Origin: Jiangellales bacterium
GTDB lineage: Bacteria > Actinomycetota > Actinomycetes > Jiangellales > Jiangellaceae
Direction of reading: 5' to 3'
Assembly: GCA_038246785.1 (NCBI GenBank)
Contig: JBBRVP010000006.1
Location: 73,304 to 105,303, forward strand
Length of the DNA: 32,000 nucleotides
Shown here: one piece after another, positions 16,136 through 26,082 of the stretch
Position numbering within the stretch: the first letter of the stretch is position 1
Layout of the letters: each line of letters begins with the position of its first letter
Notes under the pieces: model-generated
Databases searched by the model: none
What the model was told of the DNA's origin: nothing
The model's input: the letters and a program-made list of their open reading frames with translations, nothing else
Program-made: the position numbers and the translations under genes

Positions 16136-17094
16136 GTACCGACCGCCCGCGGTACGGCGAGGCGGACGACACCGTCGCGGACCAGCAGCGGCACCGGGTC
16201 GAGGTGCTCAACCTCCCCGTCGGCGCCCGGGCCGTCGAGCCCGGCCCCCGCGTGCCGGACGTCGAAGTGGGACCGGCAGGCCGGGCAGCGCAGCACCGCG
16301 TCGTCGGCGGCGCCGCCGAGGCGGCGCTCGAGCCGCGCGCCCGACAGCGCCGCCGAGCAGTGCGGGCAGGAGTCGCGGTAGGCGTAGTACACCGAGCCGG
16401 CCCGGGCCACGACGACCGCGATCCCGGCGACGTCGACGCCGCACAGCTCGCCGGAGCCGAGGCCGGCGAGTTCGGGTACAGGCTCCCAGCCGGTCCCCGG
16501 GCTGACCGCGGGCGCGTCCAGCCGCACTCGAAGCGCGGCGACGGGGATGACCGGCTCCTGGCTGGGAGCGGGCGCCGGGTCGTGCGCGGGCGCCTCCACC
16601 TCGATGCCGGTGACCTCCGGGGCCGCCGCCTCCACGGCGTCCTTGACGGCGAGCTGAAGGGTGACCGCCGACGACGGGCAGCCGTCACAGCTGCCGAGCA
16701 GCGCTAGCCGGACCACGCCCTGCGCCGTGACCTCGATCAGCTCCACGTCCCCGCCGTGCGAGCCGAGGTAGGGCCGCACCCGGTCCAGGGCCCGGCCGAC
16801 CCGGGTCGAGACGTCGTGGGGGTGCAGACCGTGCACCAGCAGCAGGCTGGCCACCAGGTCGTCGTCGGCCAGCGCGTCGAGGGTCGCCGCGTCGAGCCGC
16901 CCCCGCTCGTGCACGATGTCGAGCACCCGCTCCAGGCCGGCGCCGTAGAGGTCGGCGGTCAGCCGGACGAGCTCCTCGGCCCGCTCTCGGGCCACCGCCC
17001 CGCCGGCCGCGCTGGCGTCGAGCAGGGCCTCGATCCGGGCGCCGGTGGCCCGCAGGTCAGGCGCGCCGCCGTCGGCAGTCTCCGGCCCGCTCAC
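16132..17094 (-). CDS. hhyE: Hydrogenase-associated Fe-S protein: NifU/Nfu-type domain fused to a C-terminal Rieske-like domain (HhyE-like)
   Basis: Track ORF of 320 aa. The central part, LGSHGGDVELIEV...VVRLALLGSCDGCPSSAVTLQ, is the Nfu/NifU C-terminal CxxC scaffold motif. The C-terminal part, YRDSCPHCSAAL...(x)...LRCPACRSHF, contains CxH and CxxH spacing reminiscent of Rieske [2Fe-2S] ligands plus two extra Cys. The position directly after the large subunit matches the putative Fe-S proteins HucE/HhyE reported for mycobacterial uptake hydrogenases. Confidence 0.8.
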   Translation of the reverse strand: MSGPETADGGAPDLRATGARIEALLDASAAGGAVARERAEELVRLTADLYGAGLERVLDIVHERGRLDAATLDALADDDLVASLLLVHGLHPHDVSTRVGRALDRVRPYLGSHGGDVELIEVTAQGVVRLALLGSCDGCPSSAVTLQLAVKDAVEAAAPEVTGIEVEAPAHDPAPAPSQEPVIPVAALRVRLDAPAVSPGTGWEPVPELAGLGSGELCGVDVAGIAVVVARAGSVYYAYRDSCPHCSAALSGARLERRLGGAADDAVLRCPACRSHFDVRHAGAGLDGPGADGEVEHLDPVPLLVRDGVVRLAVPRAVGT

Positions 17095-17104
17095 GTGGCA
17101 CGGC

Positions 17105-18895
17105 TCACTCGGCGGTCAATGACTGGGTTGGGCTGTGCGTCTTCTCCAGGACCTTCCCGCCGCCGAGGTACATGTGCACGCCGCAGGGCAGGCACGGGTC
17201 GAAGCTGCGGACGGTGCGCATGATGTCGATGCCCTTGAAGTGTTCCCGGTCGTTCTCCTCGAAGATCGGCTGGCCCTGCACGGCGTCCTCGTACGGGCCC
17301 GGGGTGCCGTAGGAGTCACGCGGGTTGGCGTTCCACGGGGTCGGCGGGTACGGGTGGTAGTTGGCGATCTTGCCGTCGCGGATCACCATGTGGTGGGAGA
17401 GGACCCCGCGCACCGCCTCGGTGAAGCCGCAGCCGATCGCCTCGTCGGGGACCTCGAAGCGCTCCCACGTCTTCGTCCGCCCGGCCCGGATCTCGACGAG
17501 CGCCTGCTCGGCGAAGTGCAGGGCGCAGGCGGCGGCGTAGGCCTGGAAGTAGGTCCGGGCCCGGTTGCGCTCGATGGTGTTGCTCCACTGCGGAATCTTC
17601 CACTCCATCGAGACCGGCCCCTTCAGCGCGGTCTTGGGCAGGTTGATCTGGACGCTGCTGCCGGTGGCCTTCACGTACCCGATGTCGACCAGGCCGGCGA
17701 GCGCCGTCGACCACAGCCGGGCCAACGGGCCGCCGCCGGTGTCCAGGGCGAGGTGGTCCTTGCCGTCGAACCAGCGCGGAGACATCACCCAGCTGTACTT
17801 GTCGTCCAGGTCGCGCTTCTGCGGCCTGGGATTGGTGTGCTGGTTCCACGGGTGCCGGCGGTCGACCGGGTTGCCGAGCGGGTCGTGGGTGACGAAGGTC
17901 TCCTGGTCCTCCCAGTCCTCGTAGTAGGAGCTGCCGAGCAGGATCCGGATGCCGAGGTTGATTGCAACGAGGTCGGTGGTGACGAGCTTCCCGTCGACGA
18001 TGACGCCGGGGGTCACGAACATCTTGCGGCCCCACTCGGTCATGTCCCGGTAGGCGAAGTTGCAGTGCTCCGGGTCCTGGAACGAGCCCCAGCAGCCGAG
18101 CAGCGTGCGGCGCAGCCCCACCTGCTCGTAGCCGGGCAGTGCCTCGTAGAAGAAGTCGAACAGGTCGTCGTGCATCGGCACGACCTTCTTCATGAACTCC
18201 ACGTAGCGCATGAGCCGGCTCATGTAGTCGGTCATGAGCTGGATCGTCGCCACGGTGCCGACGCCGCCGGGATACAGCGTCGAGGGGTGCACGTGGCGCC
18301 CCTCCATCAGGCAGAACATCTCCCGTGTCGACCGGCTGACCGCCAGCGCCTCGCGGTAGAACTCGCCGGTGAACGGGTTGAGCGAGCGCATGATGTCGCC
18401 GATGGTGCGGTAGCCGTGCTCGCCGGCGTGCGGCGCCTCGGTCCCGTTGGCCCGTTCCAGGACGCCCGGGTTGGTCTCGGCGACCATCTTCTCGCAGAAG
18501 TCGACCCCGACGAGGTTCTCCTGGAAGATGTTGTGGTCGAACATGTACTCGGCGGCCTCGCCGAGGTTGACGATCCACTCCCCGAGGTGCGGCGGCTTCA
18601 CGCCGTACGCCATGTTCTGCGTGTAGCACGAGCAGGTCGCATGGTTGTCGCCGCAGATGCCGCAGATGCGGCTGGTGATGAAGTGGGCGTCGCGGGGGTC
18701 CTTGCCCTTCATGAAGATGGAGTAGCCGCGGAAGATCGAGGACGTGCTGTGGCACTCGACGACCTCACGCTGCTTGAAGTCGATCTTCGTGTAGATGCCG
18801 AGGCTGCCCACGATCCGGGTGATCGGGTCCCACGCCATCTCGACGAGCTCGGTGTCGGTGCTCGTCGAGGTCCGTCGCGACGTGGTCGCCGTCAT
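17105..18895 (-). CDS. hhyL: [NiFe]-hydrogenase large subunit, group 1h (formerly group 5), high-affinity type
   Basis: Track ORF of 596 aa. The N-terminal Ni-Fe ligand motif is FITSRICGICGDNHATCS. The C-terminal motif is VRSFDPCLPCGVHMY. These are the L1/L2 signatures I recall for group 5/1h. A protease-cleavable tail follows the final His. Confidence 0.97.
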   Translation of the reverse strand: MTATTSRRTSTSTDTELVEMAWDPITRIVGSLGIYTKIDFKQREVVECHSTSSIFRGYSIFMKGKDPRDAHFITSRICGICGDNHATCSCYTQNMAYGVKPPHLGEWIVNLGEAAEYMFDHNIFQENLVGVDFCEKMVAETNPGVLERANGTEAPHAGEHGYRTIGDIMRSLNPFTGEFYREALAVSRSTREMFCLMEGRHVHPSTLYPGGVGTVATIQLMTDYMSRLMRYVEFMKKVVPMHDDLFDFFYEALPGYEQVGLRRTLLGCWGSFQDPEHCNFAYRDMTEWGRKMFVTPGVIVDGKLVTTDLVAINLGIRILLGSSYYEDWEDQETFVTHDPLGNPVDRRHPWNQHTNPRPQKRDLDDKYSWVMSPRWFDGKDHLALDTGGGPLARLWSTALAGLVDIGYVKATGSSVQINLPKTALKGPVSMEWKIPQWSNTIERNRARTYFQAYAAACALHFAEQALVEIRAGRTKTWERFEVPDEAIGCGFTEAVRGVLSHHMVIRDGKIANYHPYPPTPWNANPRDSYGTPGPYEDAVQGQPIFEENDREHFKGIDIMRTVRSFDPCLPCGVHMYLGGGKVLEKTHSPTQSLTAE

Positions 18896-18922
18896 GGGGT
18901 GCCGCCTCTCTGCGGTCGTGGG

Positions 18923-19978
18923 CTACCAGGTCCGGCGGGCGCCGGTGACGAGCTCGGAACCCCGGGTACGCCACTTGGGCTCCTTGTCCAGCGTGCGCAT
19001 CGTGATCTGGCGCAGGTTGCGGATCGTGGAGCCGTAGAGGCCGACCGCGGTCGTCGACAGCTTGCCGCCGGGAGGCTCGTCCATGAACGGCATGAACTTG
19101 TCGGGGAAGCCGGGCATCGTGCAGCCGATACAGATGCCGCCGACGTTGGGGCAGCCGCCGACACCGTTCATCCAGCCGCGCTTGGGCACGTTGCACTTCA
19201 CGACCGGCCCCCAGCAGCCCAGCTTGACGATGCACTTCGGCGAGCCGTACTCGGTGGCGAAGTCGGCCTGCTCGTAGTAGCCCGCGCGGTCGCAGCCCTC
19301 GTGCACGGTGGCGCCGAAGAGCCAGGTCGGCCGCAGCGCCTCATCGAGCGGGATCATCGGCGCCTGGTCGGTGGCCATGTAGAGCAGGTAGGTCAGGGTC
19401 TCGGACAGGTTGTCCGGCTGGATCGGGCAGCCCGGCACGCAGACGATCGGGATGCCGGCCTTGGACTTCCAGTCCCACCCGAGGTAGTCGGGTACCCCCA
19501 TTGCGCCGGTCGGGTTGCCGGCCATGGCATGGATGCCGCCGTACGTCGCGCAGGTGCCGGCCGCGACGATCGCGGTCGCCTTCGGGGCGAGGCGGTCCAG
19601 CCACTCGCTGGTCGTCATCGGCTGGCCGGTGGCGGGGTCGTTGCCGAACCCGCACCAGTAACCCTCGTCCTTGATCTTCTCGTTCGGGATGGAGCCCTCG
19701 ACGACCAGCACGAACGGCTCCAGCTCGCCCCGGTCGGCCTTGAAGAACCACTCGAGGAAGTCGTCGGCGCCGCCGGCGGGACCGCACTCGAAGTCGATGA
19801 GCGGCCAGTGCACGGCGATCTTCGGCAACCCCGGCAGGGCCCCGAGCGCGATCTCCTCGATGCTGGGCTGGGTGGCGGCCGTGAGGGCCACCGAGTCCCC
19901 GTCGCAGCTGAGCCCCGCGTTGATCCACAGAACATGGATCAGGGTCTCCTCGGCCTTGGTCGCAGCCGCAGTCGGCAT
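18923..19978 (-). CDS. hhyS: [NiFe]-hydrogenase small subunit, group 1h, no Tat signal
   Basis: Track ORF 18923..19999. I prefer ATG 19978 (MPTAAATKAEETLIHVLWINAGLSCDGDS...). TTG 19999 is the alternative. Fe-S ligand boxes are GTCATYGG, VPGCP, HEGCDRAGY, KLGCWGP and GGCPNVGGICIGCTMPGFPD. There is no RRxFxK twin-arginine leader. Confidence 0.95.
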   Translation of the reverse strand: MPTAAATKAEETLIHVLWINAGLSCDGDSVALTAATQPSIEEIALGALPGLPKIAVHWPLIDFECGPAGGADDFLEWFFKADRGELEPFVLVVEGSIPNEKIKDEGYWCGFGNDPATGQPMTTSEWLDRLAPKATAIVAAGTCATYGGIHAMAGNPTGAMGVPDYLGWDWKSKAGIPIVCVPGCPIQPDNLSETLTYLLYMATDQAPMIPLDEALRPTWLFGATVHEGCDRAGYYEQADFATEYGSPKCIVKLGCWGPVVKCNVPKRGWMNGVGGCPNVGGICIGCTMPGFPDKFMPFMDEPPGGKLSTTAVGLYGSTIRNLRQITMRTLDKEPKWRTRGSELVTGARRTW

Positions 19979-20058
19979 GCCCACCGCTTCCCGGGGCAAC
20001 GCCCGCCCCTGGTGCCACCGGAGCCGGGCATCGGCCCACCTGCGTGGCCTGGACCCCG

Positions 20059-20088
20059 GGTCTACAGCGGGCCGATCCGCGGTGTCAA
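20059..20088 (-). promoter_or_regulatory. Candidate sigma-70-type promoter for hhyS-hhyL inside the 164-nt hypB-hhyS gap
   Basis: Read on the minus strand: perfect -35 TTGACA (20088-20083), an 18-nt spacer, then TAGACC (20064-20059). The latter matches the TAGA part of the actinobacterial -10 but lacks the final T. It lies about 80 nt upstream of ATG 19978. Confidence 0.3.
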
Positions 20089-20163
20089 GGCACGCCGGGG
20101 ATCTCGGCCGGCGATGTGCGCCGAGGCGCTCCCCGAGGCTGCCACCGGCGGGTCACGACGCCG

Positions 20164-20895
20164 TCACCGAGCGTCGATCCACGCGTACCAGGCGGCGATC
20201 CCGGTCCCGTGGGTCGCCGACAGCGCCAGCACCTCGACGCCGGGGTTCACCGAGCGCGCGTGCGTCGCACAGACCCCGACGTCGAAGTCGACGTAGGGCA
20301 GCAGGTCGGTCTTGTTGACCAGGACCAGGTCGGCTGCGGCGAACATGTGCGGGTACTTCAGCGGCTTGTCCTGGCCCTCGGTCACCGAGACGACGACCAC
20401 CCGGGCGCGCTCACCGAGGTCGAACAGCGCCGGGCAGACGAGGTTGCCGACGTTCTCCACGAGCACGAGGGCGCCCCGGGGCGGGTCGAGGGCGTCCAGC
20501 GCCCGCTGGGTCATGTCGGCGTCGAGGTGGCAACCGGCCCCGGTGTTGACCTGGACGACGGGTACGCCGGTGGCCCGGATCCGCTCGGCGTCCAGCGCGG
20601 TCTCCTGGTCGCCCTCGACGACGGCGACCGGCCGCTGCCGCGCCAGATCTCGCACCGTCCGCTCCAGCAGCGTCGTCTTCCCCGAACCCGGGGAGCTCAT
20701 GAGGTTGAGCGCGACCACGTCGCGCTCGGCCAGCCAGGCCCGCGTACGCGCCGCCAGCCGATCGTTCTTGGCCAGCACGCGCTGCTCCAGCGACACGACG
20801 TTGCCGTGCGCGTGCTCGTCGTGGTCATGGTCGTGGACGCCCACACCGTCGAGCCGGGGGCCGGCGTCCTCGCCGCAGCCGCACGTGGCGCACAC
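20164..20895 (-). CDS. hypB: Hydrogenase nickel-incorporation GTPase HypB
   Basis: Part of track ORF 20164..21009. The start is GTG 20895, giving VCATCGCGE (the HypB N-terminal CxxCGC metal site). There is a His-rich stretch, HDHDHDEHAHG. The GTPase P-loop is SSPGSGKTTLL. ENVGNLVCP and NKTDL are also present. The start lies 1 nt after the hypA stop. Confidence 0.95.
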   Translation of the reverse strand: MCATCGCGEDAGPRLDGVGVHDHDHDEHAHGNVVSLEQRVLAKNDRLAARTRAWLAERDVVALNLMSSPGSGKTTLLERTVRDLARQRPVAVVEGDQETALDAERIRATGVPVVQVNTGAGCHLDADMTQRALDALDPPRGALVLVENVGNLVCPALFDLGERARVVVVSVTEGQDKPLKYPHMFAAADLVLVNKTDLLPYVDFDVGVCATHARSVNPGVEVLALSATHGTGIAAWYAWIDAR

Positions 20896-20896
20896 C

Positions 20897-21226
20897 TCAG
20901 GCCACCTCCATCGCCGAGATCGCCAGCTCGCGTCCGGCGAGCACCTCGACGTCGCTGCTGCCGCACGGGCAGAGCAGCACGAGGTTGGGCAGGTCGAAGG
21001 TCGCGGCACAGGACCGGCAACCGGCCCGGCCGGCCGGCTCGTCGATCCGCAGGGCCGCCCCCTCCGCCGGCGTGCCCGCCGCCACCAGGTCGAAGCTGAA
21101 GCGCAGCGCGTCCGGGACGACCCCCGACAGCCGACCGACCCGCAGCCGGACCTCGACGATGCGTCGCCCGGCGGCCCGCTCGGTCACGGTGTCCACGATG
21201 CTCTGCGCGATCGACAACTCGTGCAC
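20897..21226 (-). CDS. hypA: Hydrogenase nickel-insertion/maturation factor HypA
   Basis: This is the C-terminal 109 codons of track ORF 20897..21583. The start is GTG 21226, giving VHELSIAQSIVDTV (the HypA MHE Ni-binding N-terminus). The Zn-site cysteines are CRSC ... CPCG. GGGTGG lies 5 nt upstream of the start. Confidence 0.92.
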   Translation of the reverse strand: MHELSIAQSIVDTVTERAAGRRIVEVRLRVGRLSGVVPDALRFSFDLVAAGTPAEGAALRIDEPAGRAGCRSCAATFDLPNLVLLCPCGSSDVEVLAGRELAISAMEVA

Positions 21227-21262
21227 CGGCCACCCATCGACGTCGAGTGCAGGCCCCACTGC

Positions 21263-21314
21263 GGGCAGCTGCCCGGACCGCGACACGGTAGGTCGCTGCC
21301 CGGACCGCGGACAA
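21263..21314 (-). promoter_or_regulatory. Tandem direct repeat (18/19 nt, 27-nt period) overlapping a promoter-like element upstream of hypA
   Basis: On the plus strand, GCTGCCCGGACCGCGACA is at 21268-21285 and GCTGCCCGGACCGCGGACA is at 21295-21313. They share an identical 15-nt core and differ by one inserted G. The 12-nt palindrome GGGCAGCTGCCC is at 21263-21274. Read on the minus strand: TTGTCC (21314-21309), 18 nt, then TACCGT (21290-21285, fitting TAnnnT). One repeat covers the -35 and spacer. The other starts immediately after the -10. Confidence 0.4.
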
Positions 21315-21332
21315 GCGCGGGAGCGGCGTACC

Positions 21333-21869
21333 TCAGTGCGACCAGGTGCCGACGACCACGGCACGGGCCAGCGCGTGCATGCCCACCTGGAAGCTGAGCA
21401 CGGCCGGGCTGGTGTCGCGGTCGACATCCAGATGGTCGGTGTCGAGGGCGTGCACGACGAAGAAATAGCGGTGCGGGCGGTCGCCCGGCGGCGGGTAGCA
21501 GCCGGAGTAGGCCCAGGTGCCGTCGTCGTTCTTGAGGTGGAAGCCCCCGTCGGGCAGCGTGTCGTCCGAGGCGCCGGCGCCACGGTCGAGCGCGGTCACC
21601 GACGCCGGCAGCCCGACCACCACCCAGTGCCACCAGCCGGACGGAGTGGGGGCGTCGGGGTCGAAGCAGGTGACGACGTATCCGCGAGTGCCCTCGGGAG
21701 CACCCGACCAGCGCAGCTGCGGCGAGACGTCGCCGCCGCCCGCACCGCTGTTGGCGTGCTCGTCGGGCAGCGGCTCGCCGTCTCGGACGTCGTCGCTGGT
21801 CACCGAGAACGTGCCAACGGCGGGGAGCAGGGCGTAAGGGTCGGGCGCGACCGGACGTTCGAGGTCCAC
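21333..21869 (-). CDS. YbhB/YbcL-family PEBP (Raf-kinase-inhibitor-like) protein
   Basis: Track ORF 21333..21920. I prefer GTG 21869, preceded by GGAGGA. That gives VDLERPVAPDPYALLP..., which aligns with the N-termini of about 176-aa actinobacterial homologues as I remember them. Family boxes are SPQLRWSG.P, CFDPDAPT.SGWWHWVV..LP and GPPPGD-like PPPGDRPHRYFFVVHALD. Confidence 0.85.
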   Translation of the reverse strand: MDLERPVAPDPYALLPAVGTFSVTSDDVRDGEPLPDEHANSGAGGGDVSPQLRWSGAPEGTRGYVVTCFDPDAPTPSGWWHWVVVGLPASVTALDRGAGASDDTLPDGGFHLKNDDGTWAYSGCYPPPGDRPHRYFFVVHALDTDHLDVDRDTSPAVLSFQVGMHALARAVVVGTWSH

Positions 21870-22007
21870 GGATCCTCCAGCTGCGACGACGACTCGGGCG
21901 GACAACTCGTACCGCGACACTTCCCCGCACCCGCGCGGATAGTCCGGCGGCGGCCGGAGCCTAGGACATCGCGTCCCGCGCCACCAGGACAGAGGCCAGC
22001 CGCGTCC

Positions 22008-22574
22008 TCAGTCGTCGCCAGGCATCTGCAGCGATCCGGTCCCCTGGTTGCAGCCTGGCGGCAGGGAGTTGCCGCTCACCGCGAAATCCTGGCAGCTGAG
22101 GAAACGCGCGTTGGCCTCTCCGAGAGCGAACGCCCCGGCCACCACGACCAGCACGGCGACCGCGGCCGCGAACCGGTCCCGCCGGCTCACCAGCTCGCGC
22201 ACGTCCGGCAGAGCGACCAGGAGCAGCACCCAGCCCATGAGGGGTATCCCCAGCACGGTGATCACTGCGCCCGTCCAGAACACGGCCTGACCGCGGGCGC
22301 CCTGCTCGTGGCCGAACGCGAACGCGAGGGCGATCCATAGGCTTGGCAGCAGCAGCGCAGCCGCCATCCAGCGACGGATGGCGACTGCGCGCGATCGCAG
22401 CAGGACGACGATGAAGGACGCGGTCGCCGCCGCCCACAGGGCCAGCACCTGTGTGAAGAACACCTGATGCCAGGCGCCGAGCGTGAACGCCGGCCACCAG
22501 GCGAAGACCGACACGCTGACGGCCACGGCACCGACCAGGCGACGCGGCTGGCGGGCTCCGTTCGCTTGCTCCAC
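22008..22574 (-). CDS. Integral membrane protein, function unknown
   Basis: Track ORF of 188 aa with 4-5 hydrophobic helices (e.g. LVGAVAVSVSVFAWWPAF, VLALWAAATASFIVVLL, AVITVLGIPLMGWVLLLVAL). The C-terminal tail has two Cys (FLSCQDF...PPGCNQG). Confidence 0.7.
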   Translation of the reverse strand: MEQANGARQPRRLVGAVAVSVSVFAWWPAFTLGAWHQVFFTQVLALWAAATASFIVVLLRSRAVAIRRWMAAALLLPSLWIALAFAFGHEQGARGQAVFWTGAVITVLGIPLMGWVLLLVALPDVRELVSRRDRFAAAVAVLVVVAGAFALGEANARFLSCQDFAVSGNSLPPGCNQGTGSLQMPGDD

Positions 22575-22611
22575 ACGCGCACTCTAGGCAGGGTCCTGAG
22601 CCCCCTGGCCG

Positions 22612-25722
<3,111 letters not shown>

Positions 25723-25734
25723 GGGGTCGCGACG

Positions 25735-25953
25735 CTATCCCGCCCGGGCGCTGGGCAGCACGAGAGTCTCCAGCAGCCGCTGGGTGGACGCGCTGATCTC
25801 GCCGACCGCCGCGTCGAACGCCGCGCGGTTGCGCGCCGCCGGAGCGCGGAAGCCCGAGACCTTGCGGACGTACTGCAGGGCGGCTGCGCGGACGTCGTCG
25901 TCGGTGACCGCGTCCTCGTACGGCGGGCGCAGCGTCTTGATGCTCCGGCACAT
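25735..25953 (-). CDS. DUF2277-like small protein
   Basis: Part of track ORF 25735..26004. I start at ATG 25953, giving MCRSIKTLRPPYEDAVTDDDVRAAALQYVRKVSGFRAP... This is the MCR.I..LR / QYVRKVSG pattern I associate with DUF2277. Its stop lies 12 nt upstream of the ABC-F start. Confidence 0.7.
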   Translation of the reverse strand: MCRSIKTLRPPYEDAVTDDDVRAAALQYVRKVSGFRAPAARNRAAFDAAVGEISASTQRLLETLVLPSARAG

Positions 25954-26082
25954 GCGCCCAGGATGCCCGCGGCACACGGCACCGACCAAACCGGATGCCC
26001 GCACGGGTGGCGCAGCCGGGCCAACCCGTCGCAGACTGTCCGCAGGTCACGCACACCGGCTCGCACCCAGGGGAGCGATTCC

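Noticed and set aside
18923-19999. Absence of a Tat signal on the hydrogenase small subunit, considered as a sign of a mis-called start or truncated gene
   Set aside because: The upstream frame contains no RRxFxK motif before the next stop. Group 1h small subunits are known to lack Tat leaders, so the absence is expected.
17135-20296. 1053-aa plus-strand ORF spanning the hydrogenase region
   Set aside because: It is antisense to hhyL, hhyS and part of hypB, all of which have unambiguous catalytic motifs. Its translation is repetitive (V/G/A/R/D-rich) and matches no family.
21268-21313. Direct repeats considered as a mini CRISPR array
   Set aside because: There are only two copies with a 9-nt spacer, no cas genes, and the repeats are too short. 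An operator-like interpretation is preferred.
21857-21867. GTTCGAGGTCC, reminiscent of a tRNA T-arm
   Set aside because: It lacks the flanking GG and acceptor/anticodon stem complementarity. It also lies at the 5' end of, and just upstream of, the PEBP coding region.
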